DNA of 64,000 nucleotides, from contig OY821645.1 in assembly GCA_963682135.1 (NCBI GenBank), forward strand, positions 640,001-704,000, in the 5' to 3' direction. This document shows positions 49,715-61,504 of the stretch, in pieces. Position 1 is the first letter of the stretch. Each line of letters starts with the position of its first letter. The notes beneath the pieces were generated by a model. The model had not been told where the DNA came from and did not search any database. It was given only the letters and a program-made list of their open reading frames with translations. The DNA is from Methanothrix sp. (GTDB taxonomy: Archaea; Halobacteriota; Methanosarcinia; Methanotrichales; Methanotrichaceae). The position numbers and the translations under genes are program-made.

Positions 49715-50115
49715 AGAATAGCCCTTATAGCATCAATCTGGAGATGATTTATTACAGCCCCCGAAACGCGGCACAGTGGCCGCGCTTCTGGAACTGCTCC
49801 TCCCTCCTGTGATGTAGTTGTTGTTGGGTTATAATCGTTTATCCCGAGGCCATAGCCTTATGGCATCGTGTCCGGGCACAGGTGTAGCCGCACCCGTCCG
49901 AGACCATGCTATAACTTCCCATGATATAAAGTTTCTTCTCGCCCCTCGCTTATTTCTGCAAAATATCATCCATATGGCGTCCTCTAACCAGCCGGTAAGC
50001 CTTCAAGCATTGTGGCTACCAGCTTATTGCGCGATCGAGTCAGCGATAGAGCGAATATGTTGATACTCAAATTGGCAAAAGGAGATCTGAAGGGCCGAGT
50101 TCAAACGCCTGGACT

Positions 50116-50193
50116 AAAAGAAGACCAAAAGAAAAACTGCAAGCCCTGCCTTTTTCCGGGCAGAGTTCTTCCTGCTCGTCGGCAAGGCTTGCA
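50116..50193 (-). terminator. Stem-loop plus U-tract after ilvC
   Basis: TGCAAGCCTTGCC...GGCAGGGCTTGCA (50181-50193 / 50138-50150) followed by GTTTTTCTTTT on the minus strand. Confidence 0.55.
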
Positions 50194-50216
50194 ACTCTTG
50201 TATCTACTATTACTGC

Positions 50217-51212
50217 TTATTTCTTCTGCAGCCAGGGCATCATAGCTCGCAGCTCTGCGCCCACCTGTTCGATGGGGTGCTCGGACTCAATCTTTTCCAG
50301 GGACTTCTTAACGGGAAGACCGGCCTGGCTCTCCAAAATCCACTCGCGTGCGAACTCGCCAGACTGAATCTCCGACAGAATTTCCTGCATTTCTGCTCTG
50401 GATTCCTCATTGATAATTCTCTGGCCGCGGGTCATGCCGCCGTACTCTGCCGTGTTGGAGACGTTGTTCCACATGCGCATGAATCCGCCCTCGTAGATCA
50501 GGTCCACAATCAGCTTCAGCTCATGGCAGGCCTCGAAGTAGGCGATCTCCGGCTGGTAACCGGCATCCACCAGCGTCTCAAAAGCAGCCTTGATCATCTC
50601 GGTAACGCCGCCACACAGGTCCACCTGCTCGCCGAACAGATCGGTCTCCGTCTCCTCGGTAAAGGTGGTCTCAATGACACCGGCCCTCGTGCCGCCGATG
50701 CCCTTGGCATAGGCCAGCGCCTTCTTGAGAGCTGCACCGGAAGCGTCCTGCTCTATGGCCACCAGACAGGGCACGCCCTTGCCTTCCTGGTAGGTGCGTC
50801 GCACCAGGTCCCCAGGCCCTTTGGGCGCTATCATGACCACATCCACGTTCTCGGGCGGCACAATCTGGAAGTAGCGAATGTTAAATCCGTGCGAGAAGCC
50901 CAGAACCTTGCCTTCCTCCAGGTAGGGTGCAATCTGCTCCCGGTAGATCTTGCCCTGGTACTCGTCCGGCAGAAGGATCTGAATGTAGTCTGCCTTCTTG
51001 GCGGCATCGGCCACAGACATGACCTTCACTCCATCCGCCTCAGCTCTCTTCCAGGCCTTGGAGCCCGGCAGGTCGGCAGCGATAACATCCAGCCCGGAGT
51101 CCTTCAGATTCTCACCCTGGGCATGTCCCTGATTTCCCCATCCCACTATGGCGATGGTCTTGTCCTTCAACACCCTCAAATCTGCATCCTTTTCATGGTA
51201 TATCTTCACCAA
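50217..51212 (-). CDS. ilvC: Ketol-acid reductoisomerase
   Basis: [33 protein letters not shown]. Confidence 0.97.
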   Translation of the reverse strand: MVKIYHEKDADLRVLKDKTIAIVGWGNQGHAQGENLKDSGLDVIAADLPGSKAWKRAEADGVKVMSVADAAKKADYIQILLPDEYQGKIYREQIAPYLEEGKVLGFSHGFNIRYFQIVPPENVDVVMIAPKGPGDLVRRTYQEGKGVPCLVAIEQDASGAALKKALAYAKGIGGTRAGVIETTFTEETETDLFGEQVDLCGGVTEMIKAAFETLVDAGYQPEIAYFEACHELKLIVDLIYEGGFMRMWNNVSNTAEYGGMTRGQRIINEESRAEMQEILSEIQSGEFAREWILESQAGLPVKKSLEKIESEHPIEQVGAELRAMMPWLQKK

Positions 51213-51307
51213 GTTTCATTCCTCCATATCTCTATTCTAAAAGTAATAATAACCGCAAAAATAATGGATTCGAAGGATGCCTTTTTTTTCAGGCATCTCT
51301 CGAATCC

Positions 51308-51799
51308 TCAAGCCTTGACTACCCTCGCTCCCCTCACCATCGATACTTTGCCGGTGCGGGCGATCTCCTTTATGCCGAACTGACGCAGCAGTTGAACAAT
51401 GGCATCGACCTTCTCCTCGTCTCCCGTGACCTCAATGATCATGGACCGGTGCGAGACATCGATGATCTTGGCCCGGAAGATGTTCACGATCTGCATGATC
51501 TCGCTTCGGCTCTCTTTGTCCGCGTTCACCTTGATGACTGCCAGCTCCCTCTCCACAGACTCGCTCGCCTCAAGCTCGCTGACGCGAATGACGTTGATGA
51601 GCTTGGAGAGCTGCTTTATTACCTGCTCCAGAACATCCCGGTCGCCATGCACGGTGATGGTCATGCGCGAGTAATCGGGATTGTCCGTCGCTCCTACCGA
51701 GAGGCTGTCAATGTTAAACGACCTGCGGCTGAAGAGGCCGGCGATGCGCGTTAATACACCGGATTTGTTCTCCACGATTACGGCAATGGTGTGCTTCAT
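51308..51799 (-). CDS. ilvH: Acetolactate synthase small subunit
   Basis: [21 protein letters not shown]. Confidence 0.96.
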   Translation of the reverse strand: MKHTIAVIVENKSGVLTRIAGLFSRRSFNIDSLSVGATDNPDYSRMTITVHGDRDVLEQVIKQLSKLINVIRVSELEASESVERELAVIKVNADKESRSEIMQIVNIFRAKIIDVSHRSMIIEVTGDEEKVDAIVQLLRQFGIKEIARTGKVSMVRGARVVKA

Positions 51800-53554
51800 C
51801 TAGAACCCCTCCTGGCCCAGGATATCCTTTCTGCCTTGAGCATAGATCTTCTCCAAATGGCAGGATTGGTCAACATCACACCACTCCAGCTCCAGAATTT
51901 CGCTTAAAGTGGCTCCAGCCGGAACCATAGGCGAGACCTTCTCAGCTGGGCTTACGATGAAATCCATGACCACCGGCCTATCTGTTGCCATTGCGGCGCG
52001 AATTACCGGCTCAACTTCGGAAGGCTTGGTGGCCCGCAGGCCCACCGCCCCGTAAGCCTCGGCCAGCTTCACGAAATCAGGGCTTGTGCGTCCCAGAATG
52101 GTAGCCGAGTATCTCTTCTCAAAGAACAGCTCCTGCCACTGCCGAACCATTCCCAGGCAGCCGTTATTTAGCACAGCGACCTTCACAGGAATCTCATTGA
52201 CGACCGCCGTCGCCAGCTCCTGGCTGTTCATGAGGAAGCTTCCATCTCCTGCCACGTCGATGACATCGCACTCCGGCCGGCCCATCTTGGCCCCGATGGC
52301 AGCGGGAAAGCCGTATCCCATGGTGCCGAGGCCCCCCGAGGATATGAACTTTTGCGGGTCCTTATGCACAAAGAACTGCGCTGCCCACATCTGGTTTTGC
52401 CCTACCTCAGTGGTGATAATGGCATCAGGCGCGACTTCGCACAGCTTCTCAATCACATATTGCGGCTTGATGATATTCATATCAGGAATGTAGCGCAGAG
52501 GATAGTCCTTCTTCCAGCCTTCCGTCCTCTCATTCCAAAGGCTTCTGCCTTTGGGGCTGACCTCTTTTAAGAGTCCTTGCAAGGCATTTTTTGCGTCCCC
52601 AACAACTGGAATATCCACCCGTACATTCTTGCCCACCTCAGCCGGATCGACATCGATATGAACGATCTTAGCCCGCGGCGCAAAGCTTGCGATCTTGCCT
52701 GTAACGCGATCATCGAATCTTGCGCCGATAGCTAAAATGAGATCAGACTCCTGAATGGCGTAGTTGGCATACTTTGTGCCGTGCATTCCCAGCATGCCCA
52801 GAGAGAGTTGATGATCCTCAGGAAAACAGCCCACGCCCATCAGAGTAGTAGTAACCGGAGCGTTGATCTTGACTGCCAGCTCTATGAGCTCGCAGTGCGC
52901 ATTGGCATACTTTACTCCGCCGCCCACGTAAATAACGGGCCTTTCCGCCTCCATCAGCGCTTTGGCTGCTTTCTTGATCTGCATCTCATGCGCTTTAAAG
53001 GAAGGGCGATAGCCGGACAGCTCCACCTCCGGCCAGGTAAACTCGACCTCATCCACAGTCACATCTCTGGGCAGATCGATCAGCACAGGTCCGGGGCGGC
53101 CTGTACGAGCGATGTAGAATGCCTCCCGGAAGACGCGCGTGATCTCCTTGGCGCTTCGCAGCAAGTAATTGTGCTTGGTAATGGGCAGAGTGATCCCGGT
53201 TATATCCGCTTCCTGAAAAGCGTCCTTTCCAATTAGCCAGGTGTTCACCTGGCCGGTGATGGCCACCATGGGCACGGAGTCCATGTAGGCATTGGCAATA
53301 CCGGTTACCAGGTTGGTAGCCCCGGGACCGGAGGTGGCAATGCACACTCCTACCTTTCCCGTGGCTCGGGCATATCCATCCGCCATATGCGCAGCACCTT
53401 GCTCATGGCGCACCAGAATATGATGAATATCGGACTGGTAGATGGCGTCGTAAAGAGGCAGCAATACTCCGCCGGGAAGCCCGAATACTACATCTACTCC
53501 CTCTCTCTTCAAGCTCTCCAGTACTGCCTGAGCACCCGTCATCTTTTGAGACAT
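51800..53554 (-). CDS. ilvB: Acetolactate synthase large subunit
   Basis: [22 protein letters not shown]. Confidence 0.96.
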   Translation of the reverse strand: MSQKMTGAQAVLESLKREGVDVVFGLPGGVLLPLYDAIYQSDIHHILVRHEQGAAHMADGYARATGKVGVCIATSGPGATNLVTGIANAYMDSVPMVAITGQVNTWLIGKDAFQEADITGITLPITKHNYLLRSAKEITRVFREAFYIARTGRPGPVLIDLPRDVTVDEVEFTWPEVELSGYRPSFKAHEMQIKKAAKALMEAERPVIYVGGGVKYANAHCELIELAVKINAPVTTTLMGVGCFPEDHQLSLGMLGMHGTKYANYAIQESDLILAIGARFDDRVTGKIASFAPRAKIVHIDVDPAEVGKNVRVDIPVVGDAKNALQGLLKEVSPKGRSLWNERTEGWKKDYPLRYIPDMNIIKPQYVIEKLCEVAPDAIITTEVGQNQMWAAQFFVHKDPQKFISSGGLGTMGYGFPAAIGAKMGRPECDVIDVAGDGSFLMNSQELATAVVNEIPVKVAVLNNGCLGMVRQWQELFFEKRYSATILGRTSPDFVKLAEAYGAVGLRATKPSEVEPVIRAAMATDRPVVMDFIVSPAEKVSPMVPAGATLSEILELEWCDVDQSCHLEKIYAQGRKDILGQEGF

Positions 53555-55062
53555 TTGGCTTTGTCCTCCTCTTCCAGTCGCATCAGCCGGTTGATGCCAT
53601 CCAGCACCGCTTCGACCGATGCCATGATTATGTCAGTGCCGGCTCCTCGAGCCGTTATCTTCCTGTCTGCCATTGCCATCGTCACCCATACTTCTACAAG
53701 TGCATTCGTTCCGCCTGTTATGGCGTCTACATGATACTCTTCCAGCCGCACATCCGCCACATCTGACATGGCTCTCCTTATGGCATTTATGGCCGCATCC
53801 ACCGGCCCGACTCCGGTTCCCGCCTCAAGCTTAATAGCTCCGTTAAGCTGTATCTTCACCGAGGCGGTAGGCGTCACCGTATTGCCGGCCACCACTGTCA
53901 CCTCTTGCAGCTTCACCTTCGGCTCCATCTGGATGGAGAGAACGGTGTCGGCTATGGACTGCAAATCAGCATCAGAGACACGTTTGCCTTTGTCGCCCAG
54001 CTCCTTTACCCTTTCAACTATCGAAGCCAATTGTTGCTCGGAAACCTGGAGTCCGAACTCGCGCAAGGCCAGTTCGACTGAGGCCCGACCGGCGTGCTTG
54101 CCAAGAACTATGCGCCTCTTTCTGCCCACAGTCTCCGGATGTATCGGCTCATAGGTCCTGGTATCGGCCAGGAGCCCGTGCACGTGAATGCCCGCTTCAT
54201 GCGTAAAAGCATTCTCGCCGACAATTGATTTGTTAGGGGCCATGGGAAGACCGGTCATTCGCGAAACCAGCCGAGATAGCTGGTATATGTCCTGGCATTT
54301 GATCCCGGTGTCGATTTTGTAGAGGGATTCCAGAGTCATGACCACCTCTTCCAGGCTGGCATTGCCGGCTCGCTCGCCTATACCGTTCACGGTCACGTGC
54401 GCCTGGGCTGCTCCGGCGCGAAGGGCCGCTACGGTGTTGGCGGTAGCCATGCCGAAGTCATTGTGGCAGTGGACACTGATCGGCGCTCCCAATTGAGACA
54501 ACCGGGAAAATATTTCCCCTGTCATCTCGGGGACCAGCACCCCTACTGTATCACAAAAAGCCAGCCGATCGGCTCCTGCCTCGATTCCCGCCATGTAAAG
54601 GCTGCTCAGATAATCCAGATCGGCCCGGCTGGCATCCTCACCGGAGAGCTCTACAATGAGGCCGTGATCTTTGGCATATTCTGTCACCTGCACAGCCCTA
54701 TTTATTACCGATTTTCGGTCGGATTTCAGCTTGCACGCTATGTGAAGATCAGATACCGGTACCACAAGATGGACGGAATCTACATCGCATGCCAATGCCG
54801 TGTCAATATCAGCGGTCACCGCTCGAACGTAGCTGCATATCTCCGCCTTGAGGCCAAAATCAGCAATTGCTTTTATCGATAGGCGTTCACCTTCTGAGGT
54901 CATGGCTGAGCCCGCTTCAATCACATCCACGCCCAGAGAATCGAGCCCCTGGGCGATGGCGAGCTTCTCATTCATGCCGAGTGATACACCTGGCGTCTGT
55001 TCACCATCACGTAATGTAGTGTCTAGAAAACGTATTTTACCAAATAAATCGATCCCACGCAT
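53539..55062 (-). CDS. cimA: (R)-citramalate synthase
   Basis: [25 protein letters not shown]; first gene of the ilvBHC operon (LeuA/CimA assignment by context). Confidence 0.8.
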   Translation of the reverse strand: MRGIDLFGKIRFLDTTLRDGEQTPGVSLGMNEKLAIAQGLDSLGVDVIEAGSAMTSEGERLSIKAIADFGLKAEICSYVRAVTADIDTALACDVDSVHLVVPVSDLHIACKLKSDRKSVINRAVQVTEYAKDHGLIVELSGEDASRADLDYLSSLYMAGIEAGADRLAFCDTVGVLVPEMTGEIFSRLSQLGAPISVHCHNDFGMATANTVAALRAGAAQAHVTVNGIGERAGNASLEEVVMTLESLYKIDTGIKCQDIYQLSRLVSRMTGLPMAPNKSIVGENAFTHEAGIHVHGLLADTRTYEPIHPETVGRKRRIVLGKHAGRASVELALREFGLQVSEQQLASIVERVKELGDKGKRVSDADLQSIADTVLSIQMEPKVKLQEVTVVAGNTVTPTASVKIQLNGAIKLEAGTGVGPVDAAINAIRRAMSDVADVRLEEYHVDAITGGTNALVEVWVTMAMADRKITARGAGTDIIMASVEAVLDGINRLMRLEEEDKAKCLKR

Positions 55063-55066
55063 TCAT
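55037..55066 (-). other. Short upstream ORF overlapping the cimA 5' end (MNAWDRFIW)
   Basis: GGTGA RBS (55073-55077) 6 nt before ATG 55066; TTT ATT codons; cimA lies in its +1 frame. Confidence 0.45.
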
Positions 55067-55238
55067 GCTCAATCACCCTTCAGCCCCTCGGGCCGTTCTA
55101 ACACGGACATCTTTAATGATTGATAAAGCTAACGAGGGACTGGCATGAGAATGGTATTTCGTTGAATGACGTTCCAAGGGGAAGCTTTAAACCGTTGCAA
55201 TTAAATCGTCCCTCTAGAATGGTGGAGGTTTAGGATAG

Positions 55239-56411
55239 ATGAAGTGCAAATCATTGTATCTTTCTATAGCTGTGCTCTTGTGCCTTATGACAATGCCCTT
55301 TTTGCTCAGCAATACGGCATTTGCAGGAGTAGGATGCGGCAGTAATTGGATGGGCGATACAACTGGGGATACAGACTTTTATGTGAGCAAAAACCAAAAC
55401 CAAGGTATCTCCGGCACATCATCGGCTGCACAATCTTCAAAGCCCGCTGTGACCCTTGGAGAGGTAGCCAAAATTAACAAGAATGCTACGATTCAGAGCA
55501 TAAATCCGGACAAGCCCAGTCCCCAAAGCCCCGGGTCCGTCGTTGTCTGGAAGGTTGAGGCATCCAACTCCGATAATGAAAAAATGCTCTACAATTTTCG
55601 GCTTATGGGACCCGCGACCGGCGGGCAGCTTAAAGATGAGACCGGCTGGATAGCCGAGAATTCCTGGACCTGGAACACTGCAGACGCAGATGCCGGGGAA
55701 AATCAAATTGAGGTACAGGTAAAGCGTTCCGGATCTGCCGGATTTGAGGACAGCAAGGTAAATAGCTACGTCATTGCATCATCGGCAGTTTCAGTTGCTG
55801 CATCATCCGGCACTTCATCAACCTCTGCTTCCAGTACAACATCCTCCGTAGGGGAGGGTCATCCTGAATCAAAAACGGGTGAGCCCATTTCTAGCAGGCC
55901 CAGAGTTGCGCCTGATGAGATGACGCGAGCAGTTTCAACAACAAGCGGGCCCAACATGCAAATGCCCGATACACAACCCAAACCTCTGAATACTCCCACC
56001 ACCACACAGGGGGTAGCAGAAACGGCTGGGATTGGGACTGAGCAGACGCAGGTCCAACCTCAGGATCCTGAGTTTATGGAAGTGGAGGGCAAGTGGACAG
56101 TAAAGCTGGAAAATGATGGCGCTACCCTAAACCCTCTCACAATCATCCAAACAGGAGGAAGTGTCATGGGCATGGGCACTCTCAATGAGAAGAACACCAA
56201 GCTTCAGGTCAGCTCCAAAGGTTCTGTTTCCAATAACGCCATGAGTCTTGATGTATGGACAATAGTCTCCGAATATGGAAATAAGATAGATAAGCGCATA
56301 AGTCTCGAGCTTGTCAAGGTAGATAGAGCAATATCCGGAAGCTATGAAATGTACTCGGGCGAAGATCTGATCAGCAAAGGGAATGCCACCGCCACCAGAT
56401 TTGCATCTTGA
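55239..56411 (+). CDS. Secreted protein: Ig-like domain, Ser/Thr-rich linker, C-terminal beta-barrel-like domain
   Basis: Signal peptide; PDKPSPQSPG...W..ENSWTW; EGKWTVKL...QTGG.V.GMG. Confidence 0.8.
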   Translation: MKCKSLYLSIAVLLCLMTMPFLLSNTAFAGVGCGSNWMGDTTGDTDFYVSKNQNQGISGTSSAAQSSKPAVTLGEVAKINKNATIQSINPDKPSPQSPGSVVVWKVEASNSDNEKMLYNFRLMGPATGGQLKDETGWIAENSWTWNTADADAGENQIEVQVKRSGSAGFEDSKVNSYVIASSAVSVAASSGTSSTSASSTTSSVGEGHPESKTGEPISSRPRVAPDEMTRAVSTTSGPNMQMPDTQPKPLNTPTTTQGVAETAGIGTEQTQVQPQDPEFMEVEGKWTVKLENDGATLNPLTIIQTGGSVMGMGTLNEKNTKLQVSSKGSVSNNAMSLDVWTIVSEYGNKIDKRISLELVKVDRAISGSYEMYSGEDLISKGNATATRFAS

Positions 56412-56438
56412 ATTATCTTATCAGAAGGAGGACCAGAA

Positions 56439-57029
56439 TTGAAGAGCCAGTTAATTGTATGCATGGTATTGATCTTAGCCTTGCTTGCCAGTCCAGCCTA
56501 TGCAGGCTGCGGAAAATGGGTAATTCGAGATAATACCGATTTTCTGAAAGATCCTATCTTCGATGATGCAGTTGCGTCCTCCACCGGGAGCAGTGCCACT
56601 GTAAATCCCGACGGCACGGCTAAAGCGAAGAACGAGACTGCTGAGAATAGCGAAAAAGCGGTAACTAACAACGTTGTCGCCGAAAAAAAGGCACCCACCA
56701 TCGACCTGGCAGGAAAGTGGAAGGTTTTGCTGGAAAAGAGTCCAGAGAAGGATGCGGGAAAAGCCATTAATCTGATATTGATACAGACCGGTGACCGGCT
56801 GCAGGGTTATGGCACACTTCTCGAAGGTGGAGCAGATACTCCGGCCACTGCCACCGGTTCCATATCCGATGAGGGCATAAGCCTGGACGTAAAATTGGTC
56901 CAGCAGCAGAAGGATTACAAGCTGGATATGGCCCTGGTTAGAAGCAATCTGGAAGGCAGCTACGAGCTGTACGAGATGGAGGCGCTGGCGGAAAACGGCA
57001 ATGCTACAGCCAGTCGATCCAATTCCTGA
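56439..57029 (+). CDS. Secreted protein with the same C-terminal domain
   Basis: Signal peptide, AGCGKW, AGKWKVLL...QTGDRLQGYG...GSYELY...GNATA. Confidence 0.8.
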   Translation: MKSQLIVCMVLILALLASPAYAGCGKWVIRDNTDFLKDPIFDDAVASSTGSSATVNPDGTAKAKNETAENSEKAVTNNVVAEKKAPTIDLAGKWKVLLEKSPEKDAGKAINLILIQTGDRLQGYGTLLEGGADTPATATGSISDEGISLDVKLVQQQKDYKLDMALVRSNLEGSYELYEMEALAENGNATASRSNS

Positions 57030-57032
57030 GCA

Positions 57033-57515
57033 TTATTTATGATATGGCTCGCCACGCATTATGCGAAAGCTTCGATAGATTTGCTCTAGAAGAATTACCC
57101 TCATCATCTGATGGGGGAAGGTCATTATAGAAAAAGAGAGAAGAAGATCCGCCCTCTGCGTAACTTCCGCTGCCAGTCCCAGGGGGCCGCCGATCACAAA
57201 GGCCGCCTGCGTTTTCCCTTCAAGGATCATCTTGTGCAGCTCTGCTGCCATCCCGGGCGAGTCGAGAGCTTTTCCCTTTCTGTCCAGCGCGATGATCGGT
57301 CCGCTGTGCCGCTTCAGCTTATCGAGAATGGCCAGTGCCTCCTCCTGCATGGCTTTCTTCTCCTCAGCAGGTGATGCGGCCTCTTTGATATGCGCTTCCG
57401 GCACTTCCACCGCCTCCAGACGGGCATAAGGACGAAGGCGGCGGGCGAAATCTGCAGCCGCATCCTGCCAGTACTTCTCCCGCAGGCGCCCCACAGCGAT
57501 GATGCGAATGATCAG
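57033..57515 (-). CDS. rlmH: 23S rRNA pseudouridine-1915 N3-methyltransferase
   Basis: IRIIAVGRLREKY, FVIGGPLG, TFPHQ, EQIYR, GEPYHK; probable CTG start at 57515. Confidence 0.92.
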   Translation of the reverse strand: MIIRIIAVGRLREKYWQDAAADFARRLRPYARLEAVEVPEAHIKEAASPAEEKKAMQEEALAILDKLKRHSGPIIALDRKGKALDSPGMAAELHKMILEGKTQAAFVIGGPLGLAAEVTQRADLLLSFSIMTFPHQMMRVILLEQIYRSFRIMRGEPYHK

Positions 57516-57799
57516 CTTCTCGCCTCCACATGCTTCAGGTAGAATTGACCGGTGGGCGAGACAATCCAGCCGCCTTCCGCCCGCTCGATCACCAGAGCCT
57601 TTTCCAGCATTTGCAGGTGATACTTTGCCAGGGACAGGCCAAGATCAAGATCCCTGGCGATCTGATCGCTGCTCTTCAATCCGGCGGCTATGAGGACCAG
57701 CATCTTTCGGCGCAGCGGGAGCTGCAATACTTCCAGGGCGAAGCGATGATCTTCAGCGCTCTCCCACCACTTAGCCTCATTTTTCTTGTCAGAAGGCAT
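57512..57799 (-). CDS. ArsR-like winged-helix regulator
   Basis: PLRRKML...AKYHLQMLE. Confidence 0.85.
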   Translation of the reverse strand: MPSDKKNEAKWWESAEDHRFALEVLQLPLRRKMLVLIAAGLKSSDQIARDLDLGLSLAKYHLQMLEKALVIERAEGGWIVSPTGQFYLKHVEARS

Positions 57800-57863
57800 G
57801 TTTTATCCTTTCTATGATTATTGAAAATTGCATATAAAAAACGATGAAAAAAGAGCAATAGAC

Positions 57864-58316
57864 CTAATCTTTCTTCTCACCTTGAATCTCGCAAGCTTCG
57901 CTTCCGATCTCGCAGACCCGGCAGACCTCCCGTTCGCTATCCAGATGACGGGTGGCTGTGGCCAGCACACTGGCAGAGGCCAGGTTTCCTGCCAGAAATA
58001 CGGCGGCTGCAATCTGATCATCCGGAATGCCCAGATTGGAGGCGATGCGAATGTGCAGTTTCAGGCAGTGGCTGCATCTCATGGCTGCCGACACGGCAAC
58101 CGAGATCAGCTCGATGGTCTTGGCATCAAGAGTTGAGCTTCTTTGGATGGCATTGTTGTGCAGCACCTTGGTGATGAGAATCTCGGGATTATCCTGCATG
58201 AACTGAAAAACGTAGGGTACCTCGCCGTAAGTTCTCTCTACCGCTTTTAGGATATCCTCGGCTGCTTTCTCCTTCCCCTTGACCAATATGGCGTCCAGAT
58301 CATCTTCGAAGCTCAT
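57864..58316 (-). CDS. Carboxymuconolactone decarboxylase/AhpD family protein
   Basis: LDAKTIELI...RCSHCLKLH; C-terminal CRVC...C. Confidence 0.88.
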   Translation of the reverse strand: MSFEDDLDAILVKGKEKAAEDILKAVERTYGEVPYVFQFMQDNPEILITKVLHNNAIQRSSTLDAKTIELISVAVSAAMRCSHCLKLHIRIASNLGIPDDQIAAAVFLAGNLASASVLATATRHLDSEREVCRVCEIGSEACEIQGEKKD

Positions 58317-58338
58317 GACCACTCCTTTTTCCCCGGGC

Positions 58339-59262
58339 TTAGAAGACAAACCCGGTTTCAGAAGCGGACAGTATTCTCACAAGTATATAATCTTTCATCC
58401 GCGACGGCTTGATGGTAGCAATTTCGCCAAGCTTCACACCTTCGTCGAAGGTCACATCTCTTACTGCATCCTTGTAAGAATCGAAGGGCAGCTTCACTCG
58501 CACACCCGTCAGATTCAGGGCGATGGGAAGCGGTGAATAGGAGAACTCTATATCAGGCACCTGTTCACGCACGGCATCCATGACTCGAGGCGGCGATGTG
58601 GTGAGCGGATCCTTGGCAATAGCAGCCCTGGTCTTATCCAGAGCTCTGCCTACCGCATCGACAATCCTGTCTAAAGATCCAATCTCCGTGGCTTTTCTGG
58701 CCCGGTGAGCCACCCGTCCGACTGAAGAGACATACTCAAAGGCATAGGGCAGATCTTTAGCCTCGATCTCCGGCCCACCCGTAACCACCACCGGGATGCT
58801 GATGTTGCGGTAAAGGCTCTCTTTCTTCGTGATGCACTCCCGGAAGTTGCCGAAGATGAATACGGCAGCATCATGCTCATTTATGAGAGCGGTTTCATAC
58901 TCAGTGATCTGGGCGATCTCGCGACCGACGCCTCTGGCCAGTCCTAGCATGTTGGTCTTTGAGCCATGACGGCGCAGGTACTCGGCAATGTCGCAAGCGG
59001 AATGAGGCAGGTGATGAATGGCCAACGTGGGCGTTACCACAGCCACCTCAGTTCCGGCCAGTGGCGCTCGCACCAATTCACCCCTCAAATCCTTGGCGAG
59101 TTGCTGCAGCGCAGCCAAATCTTCAGAGGGGACCAATATCAGAAGGATGATCTCAGTCTGCGTCACATTCTTTTGCAGAATGTAGCCACCCAGATCCTCG
59201 ACAAGCTCTACGACCAGATCGTGCTTGTACAATCCTCCCGTGAACATCACAGGCTCAAGCAT
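58339..59262 (-). CDS. Methanogenesis marker protein 7
   Basis: FTGGLYKH, HHLPHSACDIAEYLRR. Confidence 0.9.
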   Translation of the reverse strand: MLEPVMFTGGLYKHDLVVELVEDLGGYILQKNVTQTEIILLILVPSEDLAALQQLAKDLRGELVRAPLAGTEVAVVTPTLAIHHLPHSACDIAEYLRRHGSKTNMLGLARGVGREIAQITEYETALINEHDAAVFIFGNFRECITKKESLYRNISIPVVVTGGPEIEAKDLPYAFEYVSSVGRVAHRARKATEIGSLDRIVDAVGRALDKTRAAIAKDPLTTSPPRVMDAVREQVPDIEFSYSPLPIALNLTGVRVKLPFDSYKDAVRDVTFDEGVKLGEIATIKPSRMKDYILVRILSASETGFVF

Positions 59263-59827
59263 TTTCCATCTCCCGGATCTTTGCTTTGATCTCAGATACC
59301 ATTTCCGGAGTTAAACTCTCCTCAGCAGCAATGAAAAGAAAGCTGTCTTTAGTCATTATGTTGCGCCGATTGCGAAAGCCTTCCGGTGCCACTCTCACCA
59401 GAGCATCAGTCAGATCCTGCAGGAACTCTGCCTCCAGGTCAGCAACCATCAGCTCGGAAGGCGAGGTATCCGAAGCTATGATCACAATGTCCCTTGCCGG
59501 TTGCTCTACTCTCTCTCTTCCGTAGTGATCCCACAGAACCCGGAGCAGATCCGCCATATGCTCCTCATCATTGATCTTGATCTGATAGCCCCCGGAAACT
59601 CGCAGCACATCGCCCACATTCTTGACAGTCAGCGGCGGAATTCCGGAGCGAAGAAGCCCGTATACCGCGAAGTACGGCTTAAGTATGTCCACATAAACAT
59701 AAAGCCTGCCGATGGACCGGATGAGGCCGAGGTCCTGCAAAATGTCCATGATGAGTTCGCGGTATTTCCGGGCTGCGAACTCCTCCTGGCCTGTGACCTC
59801 AATCTTGAAGACCTCCATTGGGTCCAT
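59255..59827 (-). CDS. Methanogenesis marker protein 17
   Basis: RVAPEGFR; cluster position. Confidence 0.85.
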   Translation of the reverse strand: MDPMEVFKIEVTGQEEFAARKYRELIMDILQDLGLIRSIGRLYVYVDILKPYFAVYGLLRSGIPPLTVKNVGDVLRVSGGYQIKINDEEHMADLLRVLWDHYGRERVEQPARDIVIIASDTSPSELMVADLEAEFLQDLTDALVRVAPEGFRNRRNIMTKDSFLFIAAEESLTPEMVSEIKAKIREMENA

Positions 59828-59828
59828 C

Positions 59829-61055
59829 TCAGTCCTCCAGCAATCCCGAAACGAGCAGCGCAGCGCCTACCGCCCCTATGTATTGGGCATACTTGGGAAC
59901 CGTCACTTTAACATGGAGAAGCTCTTGCATGGCTTTGGGCAGCCCTTCTATGAGAGAGGTTCCGCCTACCATGATCACCGGCTCCTTAACCTCCACTTCC
60001 TGAAGCTGCTGCTCATAGACCTGCTCAGCCACAGAATGGCAGGCAGCCATAGCCACGTCTTCCGGTTTGCAGCCCAGGGCAAGGCTGTTGACCAGGCTTT
60101 GCGTGCCGAAGACTATGCAGTAGCTGTTCATGGCCACATTTTTATAGTCACCCTTAAGTGCCAGCTTTCCCAGCTCCGTTATATCGACACCAAGCCGCTT
60201 AGCGGTCAGCTCCAGGAACCTTCCTGAGGCTCCGGCGCATATTCCGCCCATGGTAAAGCCGCCCGGAATGCCGTCCTGCACGGATATGGCTTTATTGTCC
60301 ATTCCGCCGATATCGATGACTGTTGCCGGACCCTTTTGGGCATCAGCCAAAAATACAGCGCCCTTGGAATTGACGGTGATCTCCTCCTGGACAAGCTTGG
60401 CATTGATGTGTTTGCCTACCAAAAAGCGCCCGTAGCCGGTCACACCAATGGCGGCGAGATCTTCTTTCGCTACGTTCGCCATTTTTAGGGCACCTTGCAG
60501 CGCATCCTCAGCGCTCTTCAAGACCTCGTTGGTGGGAACCCAGCCGGTGCCTATCACAACATTGTCCCGCATCACCACCGACTTGGTGGTGGTGGACCCG
60601 GAGTCGATTCCCGCAGTAAGTCCCTTTTGTTTCTCGCGGGCCAGGAGACCCCGGAACTTGACGGTGGTAACCAATGCTTCCATCCTGGTGAGGAGCGTCT
60701 CCGCCGTCGTCCTCTCTGTGAATGAGTAGCTTAAGACAGGAATCTTGGAGTGCTCATGAATATATTTTCTGATCTCCGATCGAATGATGGCAGCCTCAGC
60801 GCAGCGAAAGCAGGTCATGACAATTACAGCATCGGCAAGATCGGGATTTTGCACAATGCGAACCGCACGAGCCATGGCTAAGTTGAGGTCGCCCGAGGAG
60901 ACAGAAACGCCAAACGTGTTCTCCACGTTGAGGATATCTTCCAATGATACCTCAGGATAGATGATCTTTGCCCCTACGGTTTGCGCAGCGCGCTCAATTT
61001 CTTGCTGAATGCCGCTGTACTCTGAACCGCAGGATAGCTGAGCAATGCGGATCAT
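59829..61055 (-). CDS. Methanogenesis marker protein 15 (CoA-substrate activase-like ATPase)
   Basis: [34 protein letters not shown]. Confidence 0.92.
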   Translation of the reverse strand: MIRIAQLSCGSEYSGIQQEIERAAQTVGAKIIYPEVSLEDILNVENTFGVSVSSGDLNLAMARAVRIVQNPDLADAVIVMTCFRCAEAAIIRSEIRKYIHEHSKIPVLSYSFTERTTAETLLTRMEALVTTVKFRGLLAREKQKGLTAGIDSGSTTTKSVVMRDNVVIGTGWVPTNEVLKSAEDALQGALKMANVAKEDLAAIGVTGYGRFLVGKHINAKLVQEEITVNSKGAVFLADAQKGPATVIDIGGMDNKAISVQDGIPGGFTMGGICAGASGRFLELTAKRLGVDITELGKLALKGDYKNVAMNSYCIVFGTQSLVNSLALGCKPEDVAMAACHSVAEQVYEQQLQEVEVKEPVIMVGGTSLIEGLPKAMQELLHVKVTVPKYAQYIGAVGAALLVSGLLED

Positions 61056-61489
61056 TTTAGGCCTCCCAAAAAGGCTTTGATCTTTTGCACAAATACGATA
61101 GCATCCGGATCATTTGTGGGATAAGATAAGTCGAGCACAGGAACTCCTTTGGTCCTGATGAGCAGCCTCACCAGCTCATTGGTTCTTGAGCAGCCCGCAC
61201 AGCCCGTCAGCCATCCCGGATCTTCTACTATGATGGCAGCCTCGGCCTCTTCTATGATCGGTCCGATGAGGGCCATCCGGCCTCGAACCCCGGAAGGGAC
61301 ATCTACCGCCGCATAACGCAGTCCCTTCTTGGGCTCCTCGGGGGTGACATTCAAAGGTGGCGAATCAATCTCATTTGCCGTGACGAGCCTCCGAACGGCC
61401 TCTGGAACCACAAGCGCCTTGTGGCCCATCCTCTCCACAAGGTCGGAGAGTATCATGCTGGTGGGAGGATAAACTATAACTTTTGCCAT
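61052..61489 (-). CDS. Methanogenesis marker protein 5
   Basis: [27 protein letters not shown]. Confidence 0.9.
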   Translation of the reverse strand: MAKVIVYPPTSMILSDLVERMGHKALVVPEAVRRLVTANEIDSPPLNVTPEEPKKGLRYAAVDVPSGVRGRMALIGPIIEEAEAAIIVEDPGWLTGCAGCSRTNELVRLLIRTKGVPVLDLSYPTNDPDAIVFVQKIKAFLGGLK

Positions 61490-61504
61490 TGATTTACCTC
61501 AGGA

